Source: a virus. Taken from it: DNA of 64,000 nt. The stretch is taken from the IMG/VR virus record IMGVR_UViG_3300045988_160427. One strand, 5' to 3'. Both the position numbers and the translations under genes were made by a program. The notes below the pieces were generated by a model that saw only the letters and a list, made by a program, of their open reading frames with translations, was not told the origin of the DNA and ran no database searches. Shown here piece after piece: positions 47,788 through 56,581 of the stretch (position 1 is its first letter; each line of letters opens with the position of its first letter).

Positions 47788-47921
47788 TTATAAATATTAA
47801 AAAACATTGTAGCAATTTGATGAGCTCTAAGGTGTTCTAAACTTACGGTTGCACCATCTTTATCACCTTTGCGGATACCATTTTGTTTTAGCCATTTAAT
47901 CATTTTTCCTTTTGTGTTCAT
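47766..47921 (-). CDS. small protein (51 aa) upstream of Panacea gene; candidate cognate partner
   Basis: ATG with GAGAGGAG RBS; 'MIKWLKQNGIRKGDKDGATVSLEHLRAHQ' loosely HicA-like; below ORF-track cutoff. Confidence 0.3.
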   Translation of the reverse strand: MNTKGKMIKWLKQNGIRKGDKDGATVSLEHLRAHQIATMFFNIYNFRTYEK

Positions 47922-47996
47922 TATATTGCTCCTCTCAAAATATTACAAAAATGTAACATCTATATTTATATATTCGACATAAATTCTATTTTCCCT

Positions 47997-48156
47997 TTAT
48001 TTGCTCACTCTTTCAAGTTCGTCTAAACAGTTTAAAAGACTTCTAATGTGTTCTATATTATCCATATTTTTATCATCACGAATGTTTTGAAAAAAATACA
48101 TCTTAATAAACTCTACTAGATTTTTTGCATCACCTTTATCAATTTTAAGTTCAAAC
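47997..48156 (-). CDS. small hypothetical protein
   Basis: internal Met of listed 47997..48254 ORF; higher local GC. Confidence 0.3.
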
Positions 48157-48159
48157 ATT

Positions 48160-48435
48160 TTAATCCTCCAAATCCATCTTTGCTCCGCAATTGGGGCAAT
48201 AGTTTGATTTCTGTTTTGTTTCATGCCCACAACATTTGCACATCCAACCCTCAAGTTCCCTATATGCGTTAATTATAGGTTCCCATTCTCCATGCATAAC
48301 AAGCGCAACATCAACAGTTGGCACATCCTGTAGCAAGTAGACTGACCTTACCCACGTTTCGCAATCTATTTCTTTTCTATTCGCCGCTATTGTTATCGTA
48401 TTCTCCAGTTCTTTCCATTCTATGCATTTAGCCAT
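48160..48435 (-). CDS. zinc-ribbon protein (paralog of 23907..24251)
   Basis: 'VMHGEWE' and 'CKCCG...NYCPNCGAKMD'. Confidence 0.45.
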   Translation of the reverse strand: MAKCIEWKELENTITIAANRKEIDCETWVRSVYLLQDVPTVDVALVMHGEWEPIINAYRELEGWMCKCCGHETKQKSNYCPNCGAKMDLED

Positions 48436-48498
48436 TGTTTAACCCTCCAACATATCCAGCGCTTCCATTTCCGGCCCGGCAATGTATAGTTTCATTCA

Positions 48499-49041
48499 TT
48501 ATACCTCGTTTCCCCAACAGTCCCAACCGCTAACTTCTTGTCTTGCGAACAATTCTATTCGCGGCGCGTAAGAGACTTTTTCTATCATTTCTCGCATTGT
48601 TTCCGGCTTTCTGCTATGAATTGTTTTTGGCTCATAAAAACCCGTTATCCCCTGTTGCCGTTTTTCATCAATCACCTTATACGGCAGGCGTTTATGTGTG
48701 GACGCGAAAATACAATGTTCTGTAATTCCTCTAAAATACTGTCCTAGCCCTATCTTGTCCTTTGTCCACGTTATCAAGGTAATATATTCAAATCCCCATT
48801 TTTTGAGAAGGTAAAAAGCATCTTGGAGAAAATTGTTTGTTGCCCACATATACAGGTGGCATCCTTCCGCATCTGCTAACCGCTCAACTGGAATTTCGGC
48901 AATATCTTTTGTTTTCATCAGCGGATAATGATTGTCCGCTCCTCTTTTGATTTTCCCACCACCTCTCTCCATCCATGGCGGGTCAAGATAGATTGTTTTA
49001 TATCGTTTTTGAGTTGCGTATATATCAACTTTCATTTTCAT
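48499..49041 (-). CDS. MT-A70 family N6-adenine DNA methyltransferase
   Basis: 'IYLDPPWMERGGG' DPPW catalytic motif. Confidence 0.75.
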   Translation of the reverse strand: MKMKVDIYATQKRYKTIYLDPPWMERGGGKIKRGADNHYPLMKTKDIAEIPVERLADAEGCHLYMWATNNFLQDAFYLLKKWGFEYITLITWTKDKIGLGQYFRGITEHCIFASTHKRLPYKVIDEKRQQGITGFYEPKTIHSRKPETMREMIEKVSYAPRIELFARQEVSGWDCWGNEV

Positions 49042-49044
49042 TTC

Positions 49045-49497
49045 TCACTTTCCAAAATATAACCACCAACGATAAAAGGACGCATTGACAGTCATGTTTT
49101 TAAGCTCTTTAATCTCCTTATTGTTCTCGATGTAAACCTCAATTTGAGACTGAACAAGAGTATCGGATTTAAGCTCAGGGTAAAGGGTAACAAGTGTTAT
49201 AGCACTTTCAGGAGCAATATCTTTAAAGATGCCACTTTCGTATTCCTGATATTGCTTTACCACATCTGTAATTTGCTGCTCGATTCCGACATTTTCCTCC
49301 TCATACATGGCAATTTTTTTGTCAATGCCAATTCGGTCAACTACACATCCAAGCAACAAAACGACAACTATAATTGAGGCTAAGCTGACAACGGCACCAA
49401 TGATTTGAAACGCAACGCCAACAATCGGTTTATCGAGTTCGAGCTTAATTCCCCAAACAGCCATTAGAATACCCAGGACGAGAATGACAATAATCAT
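49045..49497 (-). CDS. membrane protein
   Basis: two N-terminal hydrophobic helices. Confidence 0.4.
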   Translation of the reverse strand: MIIVILVLGILMAVWGIKLELDKPIVGVAFQIIGAVVSLASIIVVVLLLGCVVDRIGIDKKIAMYEEENVGIEQQITDVVKQYQEYESGIFKDIAPESAITLVTLYPELKSDTLVQSQIEVYIENNKEIKELKNMTVNASFYRWWLYFGK

Positions 49498-49512
49498 ATT
49501 TAATCTCCTTTC

Positions 49513-49695
49513 TTATTCCTTTTTAGTCATCACATCAAATTTTGTGAGACAACTTTTACAAATATTTTCTTTGATGTACATATTTGAAATTTTCTTCCAG
49601 ACCTTTGCTTTTCTATAGCCTTCTAGCCAAATATAACGTTTGCATTCAAGGCATAAATGCGGAACGAACGCAAATCGATTACAAGAAAGCATCAT
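49513..49695 (-). CDS. small Cys-containing protein
   Basis: 'CLECK...CKSC'. Confidence 0.3.
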   Translation of the reverse strand: MMLSCNRFAFVPHLCLECKRYIWLEGYRKAKVWKKISNMYIKENICKSCLTKFDVMTKKE

Positions 49696-50317
49696 TATTT
49701 TCTTCTCCTAATACAATTTCTTTAAAATGAGGCAATGCTTCAATCCAGTCACAAAAATTTTTCCATTCTTCTAAACGATGATTTTTCCTTGCGTGATAAA
49801 TATTATAAAGCACTTCATAATTAGCACACCAAGTATATTTTACATTATATCCTTGTGGTAATAATTCTCTAATCATTCTAAAAATTTTAATATCTTTATT
49901 TTTCAAATAATTTTCTCTTAAAAAATTCAATGTATTAATTATTTTTAACAATTCAGATTCAGCACCATTTTCAATACTAAAATCTTCTAAAGAAAAAGGC
50001 TTTGATACTCCTTTGTGCATGAAACTACATGAATTTCTTGTGGTTCCAATTTTATATGTATCATGTTCAGCAACCCAAAATAGCGGTGCAACAATGTTAC
50101 ATTGCACTGGCAACATTCTCATGAACTTCCTATGATCTGGACCTGCTTCACAAAGTTTTTTCATAAGATTTTTATCATTTTTCCCCAAAACAAAAAGTCC
50201 ATCTAAAATAACACTATCACTTTTTTCCCACGAGTTTAATGGATTTCTTGCTCCTAATATAACATTTTTCCACTGTTCCGCACTGGGTGTGATTACATTA
50301 TTAATTTGAATAGACAT
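49679..50317 (-). CDS. ThyX-like (flavin-dependent thymidylate synthase fold) protein, divergent
   Basis: 'HRKF...IVAPLFWVAEHDTYKIGTTRNSCSF' parallels ThyX 'H..PFEH...[25 protein letters not shown]' but RHR/SxRY residues not conserved. Confidence 0.3.
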   Translation of the reverse strand: MSIQINNVITPSAEQWKNVILGARNPLNSWEKSDSVILDGLFVLGKNDKNLMKKLCEAGPDHRKFMRMLPVQCNIVAPLFWVAEHDTYKIGTTRNSCSFMHKGVSKPFSLEDFSIENGAESELLKIINTLNFLRENYLKNKDIKIFRMIRELLPQGYNVKYTWCANYEVLYNIYHARKNHRLEEWKNFCDWIEALPHFKEIVLGEENNDAFL

Positions 50318-50524
50318 ATTAACTCCTCCATCGCTTAAATTATTGATTTTTCATTTGCAATCAAACATAAATTCCATTCATCTCTTTTAAAACAGAAAAA
50401 ATATCATCGATACAAACTTTTTTTGATTCGGGGGCAATAAGACACCATTCTAGGTATAATAAATCTACAATCTTTGCAACAAAGAACAGATTTTTTATTT
50501 ATCATCATTACTCTTCTCTTTCTA

Positions 50525-50866
50525 TTAATCTGGTAATTCAATGTAACAAATAATCGCCTTTTTCCATAATGTTTTCAAATATTCTTCTGCCTTTTTCCAA
50601 TTTTCTTCTTTTGTGCAATCTCCAAATTTATGTTCTGCAATTCCTTCAATTATAATGTCATCGTCACCATCGCTTTTGAATCTTACACACCCATTACCGT
50701 ACCACTCATCGAACACAAATTCATCAACCATTGGTCTTGAAAAACAACCTATCCAATAAGCAAAATCACCTCCACGAACCTCATAATTTACCATTGGTAA
50801 AATTGGTAGATCGGGATTCTCTTTTATCAGTTCTAATAATTCTTTTGTGTTTTTATCCAATGTCAT
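50525..50866 (-). CDS. hypothetical protein
   Basis: 113-aa ORF. Confidence 0.4.
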   Translation of the reverse strand: MTLDKNTKELLELIKENPDLPILPMVNYEVRGGDFAYWIGCFSRPMVDEFVFDEWYGNGCVRFKSDGDDDIIIEGIAEHKFGDCTKEENWKKAEEYLKTLWKKAIICYIELPD

Positions 50867-50915
50867 CGCTCCTTTTAGAATAATCAGAATAAATTAATTT
50901 TGTGTTGATGAAGAA

Positions 50916-51149
50916 TTATTTAATTTTGAAAATATTATCTTTACTACAATTGAATTCCTTTCCAATGTATCTACTATAAAAACAATTTACACACTTTACT
51001 TTTATAAATTTGTTTGTAAATTTAATAATCTCTCCTTCGTATTGTACCAATCTAGTTGTGCTACTACCTGTTCTCATACTGTTATAGTAAACACATAAAT
51101 CACCTATTGCAAGATTTTCACCTAATCTATCTTTTATTCCACTCACCAT
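50916..51149 (-). CDS. hypothetical protein
   Basis: 77-aa ORF. Confidence 0.35.
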   Translation of the reverse strand: MVSGIKDRLGENLAIGDLCVYYNSMRTGSSTTRLVQYEGEIIKFTNKFIKVKCVNCFYSRYIGKEFNCSKDNIFKIK

Positions 51150-51454
51150 GAAAACTCTACCTCCATCTTAGTACCACAATCTTCACAATACTTTTTCGTC
51201 GGTTTTTCCCAGCTTCCTTCTGTGGAGATTACGAATCCACATTCACTACAACACCATTCATCTCCTCCAATATGTACCCACTTTCCTTTCGATGTAAATT
51301 CTTCAAATAATTGACAATCATGATTTATCTTATATTTAATCCGATAAATCATATCATCGTCAAGGTAACCAGCAAATCTATCTATTACTTTTTCGACATC
51401 TTTAAGTTTTATATACTTACTCATAATTACCCTCTCAATATTTTTATTCCACAA
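51143..51454 (-). CDS. zinc-ribbon protein
   Basis: 'CCSECGF...CEDCGT'. Confidence 0.4.
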   Translation of the reverse strand: MWNKNIERVIMSKYIKLKDVEKVIDRFAGYLDDDMIYRIKYKINHDCQLFEEFTSKGKWVHIGGDEWCCSECGFVISTEGSWEKPTKKYCEDCGTKMEVEFSW

Positions 51455-51609
51455 ACAGGGCGGTAATCAAGATTATGAGAAATAAACTCCTCATTCCCTG
51501 CTTCGAGCTTTGCTCCTATTTTGTCATCTTTCAGAGTTTTCTCCCATATAACGTACAAAAACACAATGAATCCACTTCGTCATTACCAAAATCTCCTTTA
51601 TCTTTTTTA

Positions 51610-51801
51610 TTATAAATAACAATTAAAATCACTATCTTCTTCTAATAACTGCTCTATATATAGTCTAACTGTTTGAAAAGAAATTAAGTGCGCCATATCT
51701 AGTAAAATCACTTGAGAATCTCTTTCTCTCAGCGATTTTTCCCAATAATAATCTTCTTTCTTTACTACAAAATTATAAAGAATCATAATTTTTTCATCCA
51801 T
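51610..51801 (-). CDS. hypothetical protein
   Basis: 63-aa ORF. Confidence 0.3.
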   Translation of the reverse strand: MDEKIMILYNFVVKKEDYYWEKSLRERDSQVILLDMAHLISFQTVRLYIEQLLEEDSDFNCYL

Positions 51802-51833
51802 TGTTTACTCTCCTTGCGTAAAATACATTTTTT

Positions 51834-52247
51834 CTAATTTCCTAAAAGTAGTTGTCCCGATTGATATACTTGATAGAGCGTCCTTCCTTTTCCATCTGTT
51901 AGATAAGGGAGAAACACCTCATCCACCTCTACATTCCCAGCCTCTACAAACGCCATTTGTGCCAACACCCAATCCCGTATATTCCTCCATGCCGTCCGTT
52001 CTGCCTGCTCTCTGTCTGGCTTTACCTTCTGCTTTGCAAATACCTTTAATACTCCCTTGATGTTTGCAGGCAGCAAAAAACCTAGTGAACCTTGTGGAGT
52101 GTTTATTCCAAAAGTTACACCAACAGGATTACCTTTTTCATCATAATCAATCATAATTTTACGTGCGCCATTCTTCGCAAGAGCTCCTTGTATTTCACCT
52201 AAACTTTGATATACGTCTACTTTTGTTGTGTAATTTTTAATTGGCAT
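51834..52247 (-). CDS. hypothetical protein (higher GC than neighbours)
   Basis: 137-aa ORF, ~48% GC. Confidence 0.4.
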   Translation of the reverse strand: MPIKNYTTKVDVYQSLGEIQGALAKNGARKIMIDYDEKGNPVGVTFGINTPQGSLGFLLPANIKGVLKVFAKQKVKPDREQAERTAWRNIRDWVLAQMAFVEAGNVEVDEVFLPYLTDGKGRTLYQVYQSGQLLLGN

Positions 52248-52405
52248 AATTTCAATCCTTTCTTATAGTGGGGTAGGTTTTGGATTTTATATAATTACTA
52301 TAATATTTTATTTTTCAAAAGCGATTTAAATTTTCTGAATTGATTTTGTTTAATAGTTTTATAAAATATTTTTGTTTATTGTTTTTATTTATTTTCACAT
52401 CAGTA

Positions 52406-53002
52406 TCAAGCACAATTTAAAATCGTTTCAAAAAATAGAGCACAATATCTCAAAAATGTAAAATTTTCTTTTTTAATTATATGCTCAGTAACAATACCAG
52501 CAAATCTTTGCTTAATTATATAGTTCATTAAATTTTCGTAATTATCTAAATCCTTCAATGCATAGATGTCTAAAAATTCTTTCCATAAAATGTGTTTTAA
52601 ATTAATTAATGCATTATTTTTGATTTTGTTATTTATTTTAATATTATTATTATTTTGACACAGTATGCTCCTAACAAAAAAATTCAATATTTGTTTATCA
52701 AAAATTTTATAAATATATTCTTTTTTTTCAAAAATATTAGAACCAATAGATTTATAATTATAATTGTTAATAAAAATATTTAACAAAAAACAATATGGGC
52801 ACAAACATAATTTTTCATTTTCTTCTTCTAAGAATACATCTATATAATCACCCATTAAATTTTTCTCGTTGCTTTTTATATTATATAAAAACAAAGGTTC
52901 TCCACAAATGTTGCATGTGTTATCATTTTGAAAAGAAAATTCCTCATTAATAATCATATATTCTTTTATTGTTCCTTGCTTAATTTTTCTTATACTGTTC
53001 AT
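52406..53002 (-). CDS. Asn/Ile/Lys-rich Cys-containing hypothetical protein, first gene of leftward operon
   Basis: RBS AGGAG; 'CNICGEP...CLCPYC'. Confidence 0.4.
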   Translation of the reverse strand: MNSIRKIKQGTIKEYMIINEEFSFQNDNTCNICGEPLFLYNIKSNEKNLMGDYIDVFLEEENEKLCLCPYCFLLNIFINNYNYKSIGSNIFEKKEYIYKIFDKQILNFFVRSILCQNNNNIKINNKIKNNALINLKHILWKEFLDIYALKDLDNYENLMNYIIKQRFAGIVTEHIIKKENFTFLRYCALFFETILNCA

Positions 53003-53061
53003 GAAAAATCTCCTTCTTTAATTATTTTTATATATTTTGTTTTTGTTTCTATTTAATTTTA

Positions 53062-53090
53062 ATAATATAATAAAAAAACAATTTTGTCAA
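53062..53090 (-). promoter_or_regulatory. sigma70-like promoter for leftward operon
   Basis: TTGACA (rc of 53085-53090) with TATATT/TATTAT -10 at 15-17 nt spacing. Confidence 0.5.
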
Positions 53091-53110
53091 TATAATTTTT
53101 TATTTTCACC

Positions 53111-53181
53111 GGGAAATTTTTATCTCGCTATTACATTATCCCCCCGAAATTTTAGTTCTCGCTATTACCTTTTATCTCCCC
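53111..53181. repeat. tandem ~34-bp direct repeat x2 containing TCTCGCTATTAC core, between divergent promoters
   Basis: 'GAAATTTTtatCTCGCTATTACattATCCCCCC' / 'GAAATTTTagtTCTCGCTATTACcttttATCTCCCC'; related 'CTCGCGCTATTACCC' at 57785. Confidence 0.6.
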
Positions 53182-53457
53182 AAGCACACAAGAGCAATGT
53201 ATTTTATGCATAATTTTTGTATAAATATTAAAAATATTATTGTATTTTATACAACAAAAAAGGACACAAGCAAACAAAAAGAAAACTCCTTTTGCCTGTG
53301 TCCTTTTGGATTTTATAACGGCGTTTATTTTTGTTAAAAGTGTATCACTTAAACAATGAAAAGTCAATAACTAAATAGAAAAAATATTTTATTTTTTATA
53401 TATATAATGTATATAAAAATTTTTTCTATTCTTTATTGAAAAATTTTAAAAAAAACA

Positions 53458-53485
53458 TTGACATTTACAAAATAATCCTTATAAT
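53458..53485 (+). promoter_or_regulatory. consensus sigma70-like promoter for rightward operon
   Basis: TTGACA-16 nt-TATAAT, ~35 nt upstream of ATG 53522. Confidence 0.6.
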
Positions 53486-53521
53486 AATAATTGTAAAACA
53501 CAAAAAGAAAGGAAGAAAAAA

Positions 53522-53869
53522 ATGGTACAAACAATTAACAGTGCTTATGCGCTGCAAGAAATTTTCAAAGACTGGAACAGAGACTATTATACTATAGAAG
53601 CATATGAAACAATGCTAGAATTTTATAATAGTATAGATGAAAACATGGAACTAGATGTCATTGGAATTTGCGGAGAATGGACAGAATACACCGCCGAAGA
53701 TTTGTACAACGATTATGGAAATTATTGCTATTCATACGATGAAGAAGAGCAATTGCAAATGGTGGAAAACGAAGAATATGAAGAACTGGCGGAAGATATT
53801 TTACAACAATTAGAGCGTAAAACAACTGTTTATATTTTGTCGGATACTTATTTAGTAATGAGTTTTTAA
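53522..53869 (+). CDS. highly acidic small protein (candidate DNA mimic/anti-restriction)
   Basis: ~28 Asp/Glu vs 4 Lys/Arg in 115 aa; first gene after strong promoter. Confidence 0.45.
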   Translation: MVQTINSAYALQEIFKDWNRDYYTIEAYETMLEFYNSIDENMELDVIGICGEWTEYTAEDLYNDYGNYCYSYDEEEQLQMVENEEYEELAEDILQQLERKTTVYILSDTYLVMSF

Positions 53870-53882
53870 GGAGGTACGAAAA

Positions 53883-54494
53883 ATGATTATATGCGCAAGG
53901 CAAGTAAATCCAGAATATCAAAATTCGCCAATATTCGAAAATGGTTTTTTAGCTAGCTCGTTAGATTTTGCATTTTTTGGCAATAAAGATTATCATGAAA
54001 GAGTGCCGGCCCATATGAGGGATGTTATTTATTATTTAGATAGTTTTGATATTGAAAGTGTAGAAGACATTAATTCTTATTTCCCTGGGGCAAGAAAAGA
54101 AACCGAAAATAAAATTTTATTAGAATTGTGTAAAGAATATCAAAATAATTTTGATATAGAAATTTTTTGCAAAATATATTCTTTAATAACCGGGGAAAAA
54201 TGGACATATACAACCATTAGAGGATGTACACAAAGGGAATGGCAATACTTTTTATATATTCATTCTCACTATAATAATGATTTATTAAATCGAATAGAAA
54301 TTGAATATTTTAATTATGGCACGCAATGGATCATTGAGAATGGTAAAAATAAAGGTGATAGTATTTATTGTATATCTTTAGATTTTGATAATATTAAAAA
54401 AGAAATACGAAAGCAACTACAATTAGAATCTAACGACAGCATCATATTAAAAACATTCACAACAACAAAGTGTATTAAATATGTGGAGGTATAA
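53883..54494 (+). CDS. hypothetical protein
   Basis: RBS AAGGAGG; 203 aa. Confidence 0.45.
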   Translation: MIICARQVNPEYQNSPIFENGFLASSLDFAFFGNKDYHERVPAHMRDVIYYLDSFDIESVEDINSYFPGARKETENKILLELCKEYQNNFDIEIFCKIYSLITGEKWTYTTIRGCTQREWQYFLYIHSHYNNDLLNRIEIEYFNYGTQWIIENGKNKGDSIYCISLDFDNIKKEIRKQLQLESNDSIILKTFTTTKCIKYVEV

Positions 54495-54497
54495 AAA

Positions 54498-54815
54498 ATG
54501 TATTGTGAATTCATCAAAAACAGCAGCGGCAACGTAGTAAAAAATCAAGTTATAATTTTTGACGGTGATTGTAATCAGTTTGCAGTTTTTCAAAGTTATA
54601 ATAGTATTATATGTGAATATGATAAAGATATGAAAATTTTAACCTTAGATAATAACGCCTTTGGCTATAGCAAAACAACAAGTAAATATTTGAATTTATT
54701 TTTACAAGATTATGTCGGATTAAATGTTGACCAAATTAAAAAAATAAAAAAAGGCGAATCAATTAAACTTAGTAATGGTTTTATTCTGCAAACAAAATTT
54801 GATCAATTAAATTAA
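54498..54815 (+). CDS. hypothetical protein
   Basis: RBS GGAGG; 105 aa. Confidence 0.45.
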   Translation: MYCEFIKNSSGNVVKNQVIIFDGDCNQFAVFQSYNSIICEYDKDMKILTLDNNAFGYSKTTSKYLNLFLQDYVGLNVDQIKKIKKGESIKLSNGFILQTKFDQLN

Positions 54816-54816
54816 A

Positions 54817-54836
54817 AGAGGGGCAACCCTCTTTTT
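54817..54836 (+). terminator. rho-independent terminator
   Basis: AGAGGG-gcaa-CCCTCT + T5. Confidence 0.6.
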
Positions 54837-54992
54837 ATATTTACTATATAAAAAAATATCATTCTTGCGTTATAATTTATTAATAGATAATTATATATAT
54901 GTTAAAGTAAAAAATTCATTTTATGTATATTTTTTATATAATTATTATGAAAAGTCAAGGGGGAAATGCGAAAAAGTGCAAAAAATTTTAAT

Positions 54993-55240
54993 TTAGGCAG
55001 ATAAAAGGCTATTTACGCACGCCTCGTAGAGGTCTGCGGAGGTAAAATAGTCAAAAATCCCTCTCGGATAATTGTTAATCCATTTTTCAAGCCTGCGGGT
55101 GTCGGCAGGCGTTACCCGCTCAAGGCTAACGCCTTTCGGGTAGTGGCGGCGTATCATTTTATTTTGATTTTCATTTGAGCCGCGCTCGTAGGAGCTGTGC
55201 GGGTGGCAATAGTAAACCTTTGTACGGGTACCGTTCCGGC
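54993..55240 (-). pseudogene. IS30-family transposase C-terminal remnant
   Basis: 'HPHSSYERGSNENQNKMIRRHYPKGVSLERVTPADTRRLEKWINNYPRGIFDYFTSADLYEACVNSL' vs IS30 '[28 protein letters not shown]...LNTRPRKTLGFKTPAEVF'; N-terminal 2/3 of transposase absent. Confidence 0.6.
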
Positions 55241-55721
55241 GGGGATCATTGGTCTGCTGTTTGAGGAAAAAATCAATGCGCTGTTTTACAACCCGACCAC
55301 CGTGGCCATTACGCTGATTGTCTATGGCGTAGGGTTTATCGTGGTAGAAAGCCAGAAAAGAAAGAGACGCATTCGCTCCTTTGCACAAATGAGTGCCCGA
55401 ACGGCAGCGCTGATCGGCGTATTTCAAGTGCTGGCGCTGATTCCGGGGACGTCGCGGTCCGGCGCTACGATTTTGGGCGCGGTGATGCTGGGCTGCACCC
55501 GTACGGTAGCGGCAGAATTTTCGTTTTTCCTTATGCCGACCTATTGGTGGGCCCACAGCTTTTGACATTGTTGGTGGACACGGTGGTGGCCTTTGTGGTT
55601 TCGCTGTTTGCCATCCGGTTTTTGATGAAATTCATTCATACGCATACCTTTAAGCCTTTCGGCTATTACCGCATTGTGCTGGGCGTAGCCGTGCTGCTTT
55701 ACTTTTATGTGCTTGCGTAAA
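55197..55721 (+). pseudogene. uppP: undecaprenyl-diphosphatase (UppP/BacA) fragment, 5'-truncated and frameshifted
   Basis: 'PAGIIGLLFEEKINALFYNP' and 'LIPGTSRSGATILG' BacA signature; stop at 55565 then conserved C-terminus '...AFVVSLFAIRFLMKFIH...YRIVLGVAVLLYFYVLA*' continues in another frame. Confidence 0.7.
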
Positions 55722-55730
55722 AATAATAAA

Positions 55731-55757
55731 AAAAGAGGCTTCGGCCTCTTTTTTTTA
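55731..55757. terminator. bidirectional rho-independent terminator
   Basis: A7-GAGGC-ttcg-GCCTC-T9. Confidence 0.75.
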
Positions 55758-55827
55758 TTTGCGCAGCCATGGCAATTTTTTCAAAAGCCTTTCAACGAGC
55801 AGCATCAAGGGCAGGCAGCTACGGGCA

Positions 55828-55989
55828 CTAAGTCCTCCGGCAAACGATGCGGATCCAGCGGCGCTTGGCTGTGGGGCATAGCTCTTTTGAAACATCAAAA
55901 GCAACCGAGAGTTTACCGCTTTCCGCCGATACCGTCCATTTGTCGCGGTGCTCGGTTACGGTGTAGGTCTTTCCGTTTTTTTCTATAAT
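55828..55989 (-). CDS. small hypothetical protein
   Basis: internal Met of listed ORF with GAGG RBS. Confidence 0.3.
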   Translation of the reverse strand: MIEKNGKTYTVTEHRDKWTVSAESGKLSVAFDVSKELCPTAKRRWIRIVCRRT

Positions 55990-56038
55990 CATATTAGCCT
56001 CATTTCTGCCCGTATAGCCGATAGCGCAGCTCTCTTTA

Positions 56039-56581
56039 TTATTTCGTCCAATAGTTACCGATACAACCGCCTGTGCTATTCCAAGTATCAAATACTTTGT
56101 GTTCGTAGTCGTGTATTTTGATACATACAATATGATGTCCGCCGATTTTAGCTATAACGGTATCTGTTGAGCTTTGATAGGGTAGTATATACTCGCAGTT
56201 TTCGGAGTCGAGGAGCTCGCAAAACTCCAAGCCCGTGTATTTCGTGTTGTTGTCTTTGCGGGGCTGTTTTTCTTTTTTCCAACCGAGACTCTCGAGGTAT
56301 CTACTGTAGCACTTGTCATCATTTGGCATTAACTTAAATTTTAACGCTATTTCGGTTAGCCCTTGTAAAACCTCCTCCCAAGTTTTGCCCGTGGCGGCTG
56401 ATATGGCACGCACTACGCAATCGTTTGTCCGCTTGCCTTTCGGGTTGGCGTTGTAAAAATGGTAGCTCGGTGTTTCGTTTGGAATTTTTCTAATCATACC
56501 TTTAAGTCCTTTCCGTGTACTTGATTTTTTATAAACCTCTTTGTCCCTGTTTGTAATTCTATTATACGAAAAATGCCGCAT
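56039..56581 (-). CDS. papain-like/C39-like cysteine peptidase domain protein
   Basis: 'NDCVVRAISAATG' (Cys), 'GGHHIVCI' (His), downstream Asp/Asn; GC-rich. Confidence 0.4.
   Translation of the reverse strand: MRHFSYNRITNRDKEVYKKSSTRKGLKGMIRKIPNETPSYHFYNANPKGKRTNDCVVRAISAATGKTWEEVLQGLTEIALKFKLMPNDDKCYSRYLESLGWKKEKQPRKDNNTKYTGLEFCELLDSENCEYILPYQSSTDTVIAKIGGHHIVCIKIHDYEHKVFDTWNSTGGCIGNYWTK

Noticed and set aside
53152-53367. 71-aa minus-strand ORF in the divergent promoter region
   Set aside because: Overlaps tandem repeats and the hairpin; no RBS; region better explained as regulatory DNA
55241-55568. N-terminal two-thirds of the listed 191-aa minus ORF 54993..55568 (Arg/Gln-rich)
   Set aside because: Antisense to the uppP fragment in GC-rich DNA; only the C-terminal ~75 aa show IS30 homology
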